From a virus: a DNA stretch of 64,000 nt. Below, in pieces: positions 27,665 through 37,225 of this stretch; position 1 is the stretch's first letter; each line of letters starts with the position of its first letter. Both the position numbers and the translations under genes were made by a program. The stretch is from the IMG/VR virus record IMGVR_UViG_3300042922_000982, positions 32,001 to 96,000 of that record, one strand, 5' to 3'. The notes beneath the pieces were generated by a model. The model was not told the origin of the DNA. It made no database searches and saw only the letters and a program-made list of their open reading frames with translations.

Positions 27665-28249
27665 ATGACTCAAGCACACACCTGGCCGAACCCGGAGTTC
27701 GTCCACCTGCGCGGCAAGGAGGCCGTCGAGCACGTCCGGCGCCACGGCGGCACCCTGCTCAGCGTGCCGCGCGGCGTCAAGGGCGCGCCGTTCAAGATCA
27801 CGCTCGACGACGCGGACGCCCGGATGCAAGACCCCGGCTTCGACGCCTACAACGGCCTGATGGCCAAGGTGCCGCTGCGCGACTACCTCGATCGCGTCGT
27901 TGAAGATCAGTTGGGCGCCGACGTGGAGGACCCCGAGATCCTCGCCACCACCCCCTTCGGGCGCGGCTTCGAAGGGCTGATCGAGCCGACGGGGATCGAG
28001 TGCAATTCGATCATCCTGGTGCTACTCGACGCGCCCGCCTACGGCACCAACCGGCACCGGGCCGCGCAGGGCACCTGGGCCCTCAGCTTCCTCTACGGCT
28101 CGGGCGACGGCGAGTGCCAGAGCAACTGGGCGATCGCCAAGGGCTTTCACGGGATCGCCGAGGCCATGTGGCAAGAGCACGAGGCGCGCGCAGCCGAGGA
28201 GGCCGCGCTCAATGACCGCCTGCTGGCGGCGGAAGGGGAGGGCTTCTAG
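27665..28249 (+). CDS. hypothetical protein
   Basis: Start-associated motif. Confidence 0.8.
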   Translation: MTQAHTWPNPEFVHLRGKEAVEHVRRHGGTLLSVPRGVKGAPFKITLDDADARMQDPGFDAYNGLMAKVPLRDYLDRVVEDQLGADVEDPEILATTPFGRGFEGLIEPTGIECNSIILVLLDAPAYGTNRHRAAQGTWALSFLYGSGDGECQSNWAIAKGFHGIAEAMWQEHEARAAEEAALNDRLLAAEGEGF

Positions 28250-28250
28250 C

Positions 28251-28535
28251 ATGACGGACGCTCTCGCCATCGAGGTCCAGCGGGCCTACGTCCTGACCGC
28301 GCACGCCCGCGCGGAGAAATTCGCCGGGGTGGCCGCCTCGGTGCGCCAGCAGGCGATCGTACTGAAGGGCATCCTCGACGAGTTACCCGCAGGCACCGGC
28401 ACGCAGGGGCTCGCCGCCTTCGACAAGCTCATGGCCGCCGTGCACGCGCTCGACGCCGCCGACACCCACGCCCACGAGATCGCGGGCAACGCGCTCTCCT
28501 TGCTCAACGACATGGAGGTCCCCCGTGGGAACTGA
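28251..28535 (+). CDS. hypothetical helical protein
   Basis: GGAGG SD. Confidence 0.7.
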   Translation: MTDALAIEVQRAYVLTAHARAEKFAGVAASVRQQAIVLKGILDELPAGTGTQGLAAFDKLMAAVHALDAADTHAHEIAGNALSLLNDMEVPRGN

Positions 28536-29337
28536 AAACCGCGAAGGCAAGCTTGCCTGTAAGGCTTGCGGGGCCTACATACCCGTCACCTTCACCGATG
28601 AACGTCAGAACGTGCGCTGCCCGCAGGCCGCGTGTCGCGAGGTCTCGACCGTGCCGACCTTCGCCGAGGCGCGGGCCGTGTGCATCTATCCGGCGGCGAC
28701 CCCGCAGGCCCCGGCGCCGAGCGTGGCCCCGATGGGCTACACGATCGCCGTCGAGGAGGTGGTGCCCTTCTTTCTCACCATCACGAGCGACAACGGGCAG
28801 ACGACCGAGTGGGAGATCGACGAGCAAAACGACAAGGTGCGCGCCGACCTGGAGCGCCTCGGCTTCCGCTTGACGGACGCGAAGCGCGGGCTCTGGCTGC
28901 CGCCCGTGCCGCCCATGTACCTGATCGCCACCTCGCACGATAGCCCCGACGACTTCGCGCACCACCTGATCGGCCCCTTCGCGGGCCGCGACGAGGCGTT
29001 CGCCACCGCGCTCGACGACCCGAGCTACTCCAGCACGTCGGGGGCGTGGGAGCCGACCACCTGGGTGGCGGATCCGAGCGATCACTACGGCTTCCGGCCG
29101 GACAAGCGCCACCCGGCGCTCGGCGGGCTTCCTGCCCCGGAGGTCCTGGCGCCGGGCGAGGTGCTGCGCGCGCGCATCGCGTACCGCACGCGCATGGCCG
29201 ACGTGCTGCGCGCGCGGCTCACGGCGCGCCCCGACGCGACGTACCTGCTCGCCCAGGCCGAGGCCATGGAGGCGGCGATCGCCGTGGCGCACGCCTGGCT
29301 CGACGCCCAGGGCGAGCTGGAGGCCCCCCGTGGCTGA
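28525..29337 (+). CDS. hypothetical protein with N-terminal Zn ribbon
   Basis: GGAGG + GTG; CKAC...CPQAAC. Confidence 0.75.
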   Translation: MGTENREGKLACKACGAYIPVTFTDERQNVRCPQAACREVSTVPTFAEARAVCIYPAATPQAPAPSVAPMGYTIAVEEVVPFFLTITSDNGQTTEWEIDEQNDKVRADLERLGFRLTDAKRGLWLPPVPPMYLIATSHDSPDDFAHHLIGPFAGRDEAFATALDDPSYSSTSGAWEPTTWVADPSDHYGFRPDKRHPALGGLPAPEVLAPGEVLRARIAYRTRMADVLRARLTARPDATYLLAQAEAMEAAIAVAHAWLDAQGELEAPRG

Positions 29338-29809
29338 GGGCGCGATCAGCTACTTCGTGCTGGGCTACAAGGGCGGCACGAACACCGTCAAGCTGCTCGA
29401 GTGGGCGCCCGAGCGGGTCAGCATCCGGGGCGCGCGCGGCGAGGTGACCGAGCAAGTCGGCGGCTGGGCCTCCGACATGGAGGAGTCGCTCTACAACCTG
29501 CGCTCACAGCTGCCGGACGGCCTGTTCGCGGCCTACGTGACCCTGTGGTGCAGCCAGGGGATGGAGGACTGGGATCAAGGCGAGCACCTGCTCGCGGTGA
29601 TGCCCGTCGAGACGATCGCCTGGCGGCACACCTGGGGCCCCTTGCGCACCACGCACGAGGAGCGGCGCTACGCGGCCGACAAGGAGCTGGTCGCGCACAT
29701 GCGCGCCATGGAGGCCCAGTGGGACGCCGAGGCCGCCGAAATCAACGCGGCGATGGGCCTTGACGCGCCCGGCGGGCCCCCAGGAACGCTTTTTCACCCG
29801 CCTGGATAG
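29330..29809 (+). CDS. hypothetical protein; C-terminus (GPPGTLFHPPG) encoded by cassette copy 10
   Basis: GGAGG + GTG; stop is the TAG of GGATAG. Confidence 0.75.
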   Translation: MAEGAISYFVLGYKGGTNTVKLLEWAPERVSIRGARGEVTEQVGGWASDMEESLYNLRSQLPDGLFAAYVTLWCSQGMEDWDQGEHLLAVMPVETIAWRHTWGPLRTTHEERRYAADKELVAHMRAMEAQWDAEAAEINAAMGLDAPGGPPGTLFHPPG

Positions 29810-29820
29810 TGGAGGGTAGG
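29783..29820 (+). promoter_or_regulatory. cassette promoter motif, copy 10
   Basis: GGAAC-N16-GGATA-N9-AGG. Confidence 0.75.
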
Positions 29821-29851
29821 AGCCCCCACCACCCGCCAAGGAGAACCCGCC

Positions 29852-30067
29852 ATGACTACCCCCGAGCCCTCGCCTCGCCGCCTCGTCTGGAGCGGCGGGG
29901 CGCTCGTCGCCCTCGATAACGACGGCGAGATGACCACCCCCACCGACGCCGAGCTTCAGGACTACCAGGCCGCCTTCTACGGCGGCGCGGTGGGCTGCGG
30001 CTGCGGCGACCCCGGCAACACCCCCGATTGTGACGGGTGCGGGCCCAACAGCCCGCGCCCCTTGTAA
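29852..30067 (+). CDS. small Cys-rich protein
   Basis: AAGGAG SD; CGC...CDGC. Confidence 0.7.
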   Translation: MTTPEPSPRRLVWSGGALVALDNDGEMTTPTDAELQDYQAAFYGGAVGCGCGDPGNTPDCDGCGPNSPRPL

Positions 30068-30077
30068 GGAGCGCCCC

Positions 30078-30581
30078 ATGGCCATACTACCCAAGCACCT
30101 CTGGGCCAACAGCCCGGAGCGGCCCGCGCCCAACCCGGACAAGGTGCCCACCGCCGCCGACGCGGCGGAGATTGCCCTGTACATGGTGAACCCCACGGGC
30201 ACCGGCCACGGCCGGTTGCGCTACTGGCGCTTCACGCTCGACGGCGCCACCTGCCAGCTGGACTGGGGCAGCCTCAAGATCACCTGCGACGGCGCCAACT
30301 TCGGCGTCGGCTACCCGGAGCCTCCGGCCGCCAACACCGAGAAGAGCCCCGAGGCGCTCGCCGCGCACCTGGCGCTCCACCTCGATGGCATGGTGGCCGC
30401 CGCCCGCGCCAAGATCGCCGATCGCAAGCAGACGCTCGCCAGCAGGCCGCGCGGCGTGCTGGTGTCTGCGGGCACCTACGCCCTGCTCGAAGCCGCCGCC
30501 GCCAAGTCGGGCGCCGCCGACCTCGACACCTGGGCCGACGACCTGCTCCGCGAGCAGGCCACGGCCATCCTCACCCGTTAA
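30078..30581 (+). CDS. hypothetical protein
   Basis: AAGGAG SD. Confidence 0.8.
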   Translation: MAILPKHLWANSPERPAPNPDKVPTAADAAEIALYMVNPTGTGHGRLRYWRFTLDGATCQLDWGSLKITCDGANFGVGYPEPPAANTEKSPEALAAHLALHLDGMVAAARAKIADRKQTLASRPRGVLVSAGTYALLEAAAAKSGAADLDTWADDLLREQATAILTR

Positions 30582-30647
30582 CCCAGCCTGACGCCATCCG
30601 TGGCGTAGAGGCCCTCACCCCCACCCCCAACGACAAGGAGAACCGCC

Positions 30648-30995
30648 ATGACCTCACTCAACCCCCTCAAGCGCGAGGCCCCCCCGGCCTGGCTCAACCC
30701 CATCTGGAGCTACGTCGGCATCTTGCGCAGCGTGAACCGGGTCGCCGACCCCACGCGCCGCGAGGCCATGCTCGCCGAGGCGGTGGCCACCGGCTACTTG
30801 GATCAGGGCGCGGCCGACACCTACGCGGTCACGCTCGCCACCGCCGGGCGCATCAACGACGAGCGGCTGCGCCAGCTGGAGCAGAGCCGCGTCAACCTGG
30901 CGACCGCCCGGCAGGCGATCGAGCAGGAGGAGTGGGCGCTCAAGGTGGACGCCGAGATCATGCGCATCGCCATGGGCAAGGACGGCGGGGAGTGA
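30648..30995 (+). CDS. hypothetical protein
   Basis: Start-associated motif. Confidence 0.8.
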   Translation: MTSLNPLKREAPPAWLNPIWSYVGILRSVNRVADPTRREAMLAEAVATGYLDQGAADTYAVTLATAGRINDERLRQLEQSRVNLATARQAIEQEEWALKVDAEIMRIAMGKDGGE

Positions 30996-31330
30996 CAGGC
31001 CCCGCGTGCTGCGGGCCCATGCGCCGGGTCGGCATCGGCTGGAAGTGTCCGGGGTGCCGCGCCTACGTCCCGTCCCGATGGCAGCTCAAGGACATCGCCC
31101 TGGTGGCGGTGCTGCGGCTCGCCTCGGTGCGCGACATGGACGGCCCGGACACCTACACGGGCCTGGTGGCGCTCTACCCCGAGGCGCCGCCCAAGGTGCT
31201 CTGGCGCAAGATGGAGCAAGCCGACGACAAGCGGCTCACCGAGGGCAGCCTGCGCTGGGCCCGGCTCACCCCGGCGGGGACGGCCATGCTCGAACGCCTG
31301 GAGGCCGAGGAACTGGCCGGTGGGCGCTAG
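30992..31330 (+). CDS. hypothetical protein, Zn ribbon plus possible winged helix
   Basis: GTGA overlap; CCGP...CPGC, ARLTPAG. Confidence 0.7.
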   Translation: MTGPACCGPMRRVGIGWKCPGCRAYVPSRWQLKDIALVAVLRLASVRDMDGPDTYTGLVALYPEAPPKVLWRKMEQADDKRLTEGSLRWARLTPAGTAMLERLEAEELAGGR

Positions 31331-31529
31331 GGGGCTTCCGGGGCGCGGCAAGTGCCCCTGCTGCCGCCAGTGGTGCCTGCCGTACCACCGCAACGATCAC
31401 GACTGCATCGGAGCGATCGCCGAGAACCTGGGCCTGGCCTGGGACGACGCGCTCGCCGTCTACCACGAGGTCCGCGAGGATCAAGTCAACGAGCGCCGCG
31501 CCAAGCGGCAGAGAAAGGCGACGCCATGA
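31320..31529 (+). CDS. small Cys/His protein
   Basis: CPCC...HDC. Confidence 0.65.
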   Translation: MGARGLPGRGKCPCCRQWCLPYHRNDHDCIGAIAENLGLAWDDALAVYHEVREDQVNERRAKRQRKATP

Positions 31530-31798
31530 GACACCAAGCACCAACGACAAGAAAGCCCGCGCGGGCCTCCGGGCACGCGCTCAAAATGGAGTGGTCGGGC
31601 GAGCGCGGCGCCGAGTCGTCGAGTACCGGCTTCTGCAAGTGCGGCTGGAGCGAGTCGGCGGGCGGCCAGCGCGAGGTGCGCAACGAGTACCGGCACCACC
31701 TGGCTCAGGTGCAGAGGCGGCGCGACGAGGGCAAGCCGGATCCCGCCTTCGAGGTGACCATGGACTCGCCGTGGCACCCCGATAACGGAGGCGCGTAA
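31526..31798 (+). CDS. small Zn-binding protein (H...CKCGW...H)
   Basis: ATGA overlap. Confidence 0.7.
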   Translation: MRHQAPTTRKPARASGHALKMEWSGERGAESSSTGFCKCGWSESAGGQREVRNEYRHHLAQVQRRRDEGKPDPAFEVTMDSPWHPDNGGA

Positions 31799-32022
31799 TG
31801 CCGTACATTCGCATCGATAGCCACCGCTCGCGCGGGTACGTGCTGGGGGCCTGCCAGGACCCCACATCCGCCCATTGGTCGATGGAGCGGCACGCCACCG
31901 GCGGCTTCTACCTGGTGAGCGACGCCGACCTGGACCGGCTGGCCCGCAGCCGCAAAATTGACAAGCGCATCCGTTTCACGCAGGTCGTCAAGGTGGACGA
32001 TCTGCGCCCCTGCACCCCCTGA
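31798..32022 (+). CDS. hypothetical protein
   Basis: TAATG coupling, GGAGG SD. Confidence 0.7.
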   Translation: MPYIRIDSHRSRGYVLGACQDPTSAHWSMERHATGGFYLVSDADLDRLARSRKIDKRIRFTQVVKVDDLRPCTP

Positions 32023-32037
32023 CCGAAAGGATCCCCC

Positions 32038-32379
32038 ATGCCCAGCGAGCACAAGAAACAACGGCAGCATAACTACGTGTCGAGCATCCAGCGGCGGCTG
32101 CACGCGAGCGCCACGCACAACACCGCCATCGAGTCAGAGAACGCCCGGATGCGCGAAGAGTTGGAGCATGCGAAGCGCATTTTCGAGGCCCTGCCGGGCC
32201 CCGGCGCCATGTTGACCGCCAAGCGGATCGACACCTTCCTCGGCACCCTCGAGCCCGACTGGACGGCGCGCTTCCGCGCGACGCTCAAGGAGCTGAAGGA
32301 CCTCCCCGAGCCCGAGTTCCAGGCCCGCGTGCAAGCGGCCAAGGAAGCGGCGAAAGCCGCCCAGACCCCCACTTCGTAG
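32038..32379 (+). CDS. hypothetical protein
   Basis: AAAGGA SD. Confidence 0.75.
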   Translation: MPSEHKKQRQHNYVSSIQRRLHASATHNTAIESENARMREELEHAKRIFEALPGPGAMLTAKRIDTFLGTLEPDWTARFRATLKELKDLPEPEFQARVQAAKEAAKAAQTPTS

Positions 32380-32405
32380 ATCCCCCACCATCAAGGAGAA
32401 CCGCC

Positions 32406-33293
32406 ATGAGCAATTCCACACCCCCAACGCCCCGGCCGCCCCGCCGGGTGCACCCCGAGTTCCTCGCGGGCTACACCCAGGCCCTTCAAGACGTCGGCGA
32501 GACGATCGCCGCCATGGAGAACCTGAGCGACGAGGACAAGGGGCGCATCGGCTGGGGCCTGTTCCTCAAGGTCACCCTGGGCGTAAACGGCAAGTACGAG
32601 GCGCACGACACGGAGCGCCCGAACGTGACGGCCGCGATCGCCGAAACGGTCGACGGCATCATCGACTGCCTCAACCACCTGGGCGGGGTGCGCAAGCACC
32701 CGCGCGTCGGCCAGACGGTCGAAATTCAGGCGGCCAAGCCGCGCGGCGCCAAGGTCGGCTGGGGCTACGAGGGCGCAAGCACGGTCTACTGCCTCGCGTG
32801 CAAGCCGGAGGAGCGCATCAACCTGCTGCCCTTCTACGAGACCGATTTGGCCGACCTCAAGACCGCCAAGCACAGCGGCCGGTGCGACAGCTGCGCCGCC
32901 GACCTGGGGCCCGCCAAGCACTGGCACGTCCGGGTCTACGAGGGCGCAAGCAGCGCGCCCTACCAGGACGATGCGCACGCCACGGACGCGCTGGCGCGCC
33001 AGGGTGTGAGCTACTGGAAGGCGCACGCCCGGCCGGGATCCAACATCACCAAGGATTCCTGCACCCGCGCCGAGTGCCAGCCGACGGGGCCGAACGGGCA
33101 CCGCGCGATCGTGCCCGCGCCGAGCGGCTTCCCCATCCTCACCGAGGGCGAGGCGGCCCGCGAGGCGCTGCGCCCGCCCCAGCGCGCAGCCACGCCCGAG
33201 GCCGTGTGCGGCGAGTGCGGCGCGAGCTACCCGTACACGGGCGATCGCCAAGAGCGGCCCCTGCGCTGCCCCCGGTGCCGGGGGAAGGCATGA
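32406..33293 (+). CDS. multi-Zn-finger hypothetical protein
   Basis: Start-associated motif; several CxxC pairs. Confidence 0.8.
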   Translation: MSNSTPPTPRPPRRVHPEFLAGYTQALQDVGETIAAMENLSDEDKGRIGWGLFLKVTLGVNGKYEAHDTERPNVTAAIAETVDGIIDCLNHLGGVRKHPRVGQTVEIQAAKPRGAKVGWGYEGASTVYCLACKPEERINLLPFYETDLADLKTAKHSGRCDSCAADLGPAKHWHVRVYEGASSAPYQDDAHATDALARQGVSYWKAHARPGSNITKDSCTRAECQPTGPNGHRAIVPAPSGFPILTEGEAAREALRPPQRAATPEAVCGECGASYPYTGDRQERPLRCPRCRGKA

Positions 33294-33619
33294 GCGCGCC
33301 CGTTACATTCGAGCGCTCGGTCGAGGTCGTCTATGACGGCCTCGACTACCCGCGCTCCGACCTGGTGTTCAAGGTCGCGGGCCCCGGCGGCCAGCTCTGG
33401 TACACGATCGACGTCGTCCTCAACTGCGGCCCGATCAGCGGCAGCCTGGGCTACACCAACAAGGCCGGGGAGTACGAGGACCACCTGCACTACCCCATCC
33501 AGATGGCTTGCGAGAAAGCCTTCAACGAGGGCGGCCCGGAGGCCCTGTATGCCGTGATGGAGGCGTACTACATCGATCACATCTACCTGTTCACCGACGA
33601 CGAGGACGACACCCCATGA
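33290..33619 (+). CDS. hypothetical acidic protein
   Basis: ATGA overlap. Confidence 0.75.
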   Translation: MSAPVTFERSVEVVYDGLDYPRSDLVFKVAGPGGQLWYTIDVVLNCGPISGSLGYTNKAGEYEDHLHYPIQMACEKAFNEGGPEALYAVMEAYYIDHIYLFTDDEDDTP

Positions 33620-33969
33620 CCCCACGCAAACCCAAGCCGGGCTCGGACGGCGAGTGGCTGATCGACATCAACCTGGCTTATACGCGCGGCGAGCTGCGCG
33701 AGATCCTGCGGCGCTACGGCTACGAGGGCACCGAGGCGCAAGTCCAAGTCCTGGCCCGCGAGTTCGACCATGCGTACTCGGGCGCGCTCAACTTCGCGGC
33801 GGGCGAGTCCTACCAGGGCATCGAGGGCATGGCCCTGCGGGGGGCGATCGCCGAGGGGCACCTGCCGCTCACCGCGTCGGGCCGAACCCTGCTGTACGCG
33901 GCGAGCGATGAGCCTCGCAACGAGGCGGGGCTGGCGCTCGCCCCCATGCCCGACTGGAGGGCCACATGA
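33616..33969 (+). CDS. hypothetical protein
   Basis: ATGA overlap. Confidence 0.75.
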   Translation: MTPRKPKPGSDGEWLIDINLAYTRGELREILRRYGYEGTEAQVQVLAREFDHAYSGALNFAAGESYQGIEGMALRGAIAEGHLPLTASGRTLLYAASDEPRNEAGLALAPMPDWRAT

Positions 33970-34220
33970 CCAAGGATACCCCCCCTATGTTAACCAGACG
34001 ACCGCGCAAATCCAAACCCTACGCCCCGAAGGAGATCATGACCGTGACGTGGGGGGTGTCGGCCTCGTGCGTCCGCCTGCCGGACGGGCGCTACGAGGTC
34101 ACGTTCCACATCGGCGCCACCCCGCACACGGCCGTCGGCATGACGGCCCGCGACGCCTGGCACCGCGCCTGCCTGCGCTACCAGGACACGCAAAACGGCA
34201 ACGGGGGGCGCGCGTCATGA
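33966..34220 (+). CDS. hypothetical protein
   Basis: ATGA overlap, GGAGG SD. Confidence 0.7.
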   Translation: MTKDTPPMLTRRPRKSKPYAPKEIMTVTWGVSASCVRLPDGRYEVTFHIGATPHTAVGMTARDAWHRACLRYQDTQNGNGGRAS

Positions 34221-34825
34221 GCGCGCCCGCCTTCCGCCTGCTCGCCATCTGTCCGGCGTGCGACGGCGAGATTCGGGCAGGCGCCTTGAGTGACGCCCAG
34301 GGCCTTCAAGAGGGCGAGACGCGCGTCATCTTCAACGACACGCACAAGGGGCAGCATTGTGAGACGTGCGGCAAGGCGTACCGCATCACCTTCACCGGCA
34401 CCGGCGGCGGCGGCTTCACGGTCGCCGTCGAGCCGAACCCCGAAGGCGATCGCGGGCGCTACGCCGTCCTGCTCAAGCTAGACGCGCCGGGGCTCGAAAG
34501 CCCCCTCTTCGTCCTGCTCGATCGCCCCGGCCTGCCGAGCCAGTACTACATCGAGGAGGGCTCGTGCCCGACCAACTTCACCGACGAGATCGTCAAGGTC
34601 TACGAGGTGGCCGACGGCCGGGTGGAGGGCCGGGCCGTTGACGACGACCCCCACGGCCTGTTCACCATGGTCGGCTGGCTGCCGCACCCCGGCGATCGCA
34701 CCAACGAGGAGAGCCAGGCGTTCGAGGCCCAATGGCTCACCGTCATGGAGGCGATCGCCGCATCCCTCAAGGAGACCCCCAACGCCGCGTGGTATCCCGA
34801 ATGGGGTATCGAGCTGCCCGAGTGA
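34217..34825 (+). CDS. Zn-ribbon hypothetical protein
   Basis: ATGA overlap; CPAC...CETC; YYIEEGSCPTNF...DPHGLF. Confidence 0.75.
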   Translation: MSAPAFRLLAICPACDGEIRAGALSDAQGLQEGETRVIFNDTHKGQHCETCGKAYRITFTGTGGGGFTVAVEPNPEGDRGRYAVLLKLDAPGLESPLFVLLDRPGLPSQYYIEEGSCPTNFTDEIVKVYEVADGRVEGRAVDDDPHGLFTMVGWLPHPGDRTNEESQAFEAQWLTVMEAIAASLKETPNAAWYPEWGIELPE

Positions 34826-34839
34826 AAGGAGGCCCCGCC

Positions 34840-35094
34840 ATGGAGGCCATCGAGGACTGGCGGTGCCCCAAGTGCCGCCACACGTTCAAGACCCTGCGCG
34901 GCTTCGACCGGCACAAGTGCAAGCCGGATCCGCAAGCGGCCGGGCGCGCGGGCCAGCTGTTCGACGCGGGGGTTCGGCAAGCCGCCGCCTACCAGGCCGC
35001 CCACAAGCGGGCCCAACCCCCGGAGCGCCGGGGGCGCAAGCCCAAGCCCCGCACAACCAGCCAAGAAGGAGAAACCCGTGACACCCCAAGATGA
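34840..35094 (+). CDS. small Zn-finger protein (CPKC...FDRH)
   Basis: AAGGAGG SD. Confidence 0.7.
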   Translation: MEAIEDWRCPKCRHTFKTLRGFDRHKCKPDPQAAGRAGQLFDAGVRQAAAYQAAHKRAQPPERRGRKPKPRTTSQEGETRDTPR

Positions 35095-35299
35095 CGACGT
35101 GTCGATTCCCGGCTTCGCCGGGCCTCGCCGCATGAGCGCCCGGCAAGCCCGCGCCGAGGGCTTCGAGGTGGCGGCGCACGTCCCCGACGACGCCCAGATG
35201 GACGTGTGGGGCACCCCGGACAAGCCCGAGCCCGAGCCCGAGGGCTACAGCCTCGAAACCCTGATCCTGGCCTCGGCCTGGCGCATCCGCCTGCCGTAA
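35078..35299 (+). CDS. hypothetical protein
   Basis: AAGGAG + GTG. Confidence 0.7.
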   Translation: MTPQDDDVSIPGFAGPRRMSARQARAEGFEVAAHVPDDAQMDVWGTPDKPEPEPEGYSLETLILASAWRIRLP

Positions 35300-35330
35300 C
35301 CCCCTACCCCCAACCCGAAAGGAAAACCCC

Positions 35331-35516
35331 ATGCCCAAGGAGAAAAAGCCCAACTTCATCAGCGCCGCGTTCACGCGGTTCATGGTGGGGCTCTGCTACA
35401 AGATGGCGGCGGTGCTGCAACAGCGCCACCCCGCCTACCAGCACATGACCGTCGATCAGGTGTACGAGGCGGTTTACGACCGCACCGCCAAGAAGCTGGG
35501 CCGCCAGAATGGATAG
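35331..35516 (+). CDS. small hypothetical protein
   Basis: AAAGGA SD. Confidence 0.7.
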   Translation: MPKEKKPNFISAAFTRFMVGLCYKMAAVLQQRHPAYQHMTVDQVYEAVYDRTAKKLGRQNG

Positions 35517-35766
35517 CCGCCAACTGGCCAACCTGCTGCTCGGCGACTTGCGCCAGGCCGGAATCGTCGTCACCAAGGACGGCGAGCCCGCCATCGAAGA
35601 GGCGCATGCCGCGATCGTGGAGCGGCTGAGCCACTTCACCAACGACGCAACCGTGCGAACCCTCGATCGGGCCCTCGGGGCGATCGGCTCTGCCTCGCAA
35701 GCCCTCGACGACATTCGGGAGCAAGTCCGCGAGGCCAAGGAGCTGCAAATTCGCGATGTCAGATAA
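35509..35766 (+). CDS. hypothetical protein
   Basis: Overlapping co-oriented ORF. Confidence 0.7.
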   Translation: MDSRQLANLLLGDLRQAGIVVTKDGEPAIEEAHAAIVERLSHFTNDATVRTLDRALGAIGSASQALDDIREQVREAKELQIRDVR

Positions 35767-35920
35767 TATCAATTATCTGGCAAACGCCCGAAAGCCGCGC
35801 CAACACTAGCTCGTTTTTCGGGCTCGTGTTACCCTGGAAAACCCCGCGATCTGGCCTTGATCTGGCGTGATCGCGGGCATAAACTATTGACAACACGCAC
35901 CCTTAACTTGGAGGACCGCC

Positions 35921-36181
35921 ATGTCACTTGATACCCACCGCGCCATGCGCACCGACAAGCCCATGCCCATCTTGATGGCCCTCGAAGGCACCGCGCCGCG
36001 CGTGATCGACACGACCACGGACATCGAGGCCGCCCGGCACATCGCCCAGCACTACGTGGCGAGCTACCTGCGCACCTGGAACGCCAACGGGGCCCCCGCG
36101 CCCGCTCCCCGGTTCAACGCCAGCTGGAACGGGATCGCGGTGCTCGCGGGCGGGGCCGTGATTATCGAGGTAGACGAGTGA
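35921..36181 (+). CDS. hypothetical protein
   Basis: GGAGGACCGCC-ATG after an AT-rich gap. Confidence 0.75.
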   Translation: MSLDTHRAMRTDKPMPILMALEGTAPRVIDTTTDIEAARHIAQHYVASYLRTWNANGAPAPAPRFNASWNGIAVLAGGAVIIEVDE

Positions 36182-36522
36182 GCGCGCCCCTGACCCGCCA
36201 CGTGGTGATCAACGGCCGGACCGAGGTCCGCACGGTGCACCACCTCCCCGGCTTGGGCTACCAGGATCACAAGACCGGCCACATGTACTACGAGGCCGAC
36301 GTCTTCACCAGCTACGGCGAGGCGTACGCCGTGCGCCGGGGGCACGGGCGCGAAGCCTGCTCGCCGTCGGGCAAGACGATCGCCTATCCGCTCTACGAGC
36401 ACGACCTCTTCAACATCGAGGGGTACGATTGCGACGGCCCCACCACCCTTCCCCTGGGCGACCTCGACTGGTTGATCGCCCGCTTGCAGGCCATCAAGGC
36501 CGCCACCCCGCCCCCCCACTAG
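36178..36522 (+). CDS. hypothetical protein
   Basis: GTGA overlap. Confidence 0.75.
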   Translation: MSAPLTRHVVINGRTEVRTVHHLPGLGYQDHKTGHMYYEADVFTSYGEAYAVRRGHGREACSPSGKTIAYPLYEHDLFNIEGYDCDGPTTLPLGDLDWLIARLQAIKAATPPPH

Positions 36523-36557
36523 GCCCGCGCCAACGGGCAAGGAGAACCGCCATGACC
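36523..36557 (+). repeat. 35-bp exact direct repeat, copy A (copy B at 37197-37231)
   Basis: GCCCGCGCCAACGGGCAAGGAGAACCGCCATGACC. Confidence 0.9.
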
Positions 36558-37115
36558 CACGAAAGCAAGCTCATCACCGTAACCCCCGCCCTCAAGGTGA
36601 AGCAGTTTGACTCGCGCTACTATGGAGGCCCGTACGGCGGCGTCCCTCACTCCGGATCCAGGAACTACCGCATCGCCCCCGAGAACGCCTCCGACAAGGT
36701 CGAGGATTCGATCGGTCAGGTCTGCTTCGAACGCGGGCACGGCTGGGCCGCTTTCCTGTACCGCGATCGTGCGCAGGCGATCCAGCTGATCCACGATCCC
36801 GTCTCGGGCACCCGGTACTGGGACACCAAGGACCTGGCCATCGCCGCCCTGGTTAAGCACCGAGCCGACCCCGCCAAGGTCGAGCGGCTCGAACGGACGC
36901 ACCGCCTGCACACCGAGGCCAGAGACCTCCGCGAGCTGGCGGGCAAGCTCCAGGGCGCGCTCAACGCCGCCCGTCGCCTGGAGAACGGCATCGACAACGG
37001 CCGGGTGGTCGCGATCGCCCGTGAGCTGGACGAGATGATGCTGCACGCGATCAAGCTGACGGACGAGGCCAAGGCGATTAACCTGGCGGCCCGTCAAGGC
37101 GTACCGATCGATTAA
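36552..37115 (+). CDS. hypothetical protein
   Basis: Start-associated motif; somewhat atypical codons. Confidence 0.8.
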   Translation: MTHESKLITVTPALKVKQFDSRYYGGPYGGVPHSGSRNYRIAPENASDKVEDSIGQVCFERGHGWAAFLYRDRAQAIQLIHDPVSGTRYWDTKDLAIAALVKHRADPAKVERLERTHRLHTEARDLRELAGKLQGALNAARRLENGIDNGRVVAIARELDEMMLHAIKLTDEAKAINLAARQGVPID

Positions 37116-37132
37116 CACCCGCCGGGCCCCCA

Positions 37133-37170
37133 GGAACGGTTTTCCGGGGGCCCGGATAACGAAACACAGG
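37133..37170 (+). promoter_or_regulatory. cassette promoter motif, copy 11
   Basis: GGAAC-N16-GGATA-N9-AGG. Confidence 0.75.
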
Positions 37171-37225
37171 TGCCCCACCGTGGGGCGCCGATAGCCGCCC
37201 GCGCCAACGGGCAAGGAGAACCGCC

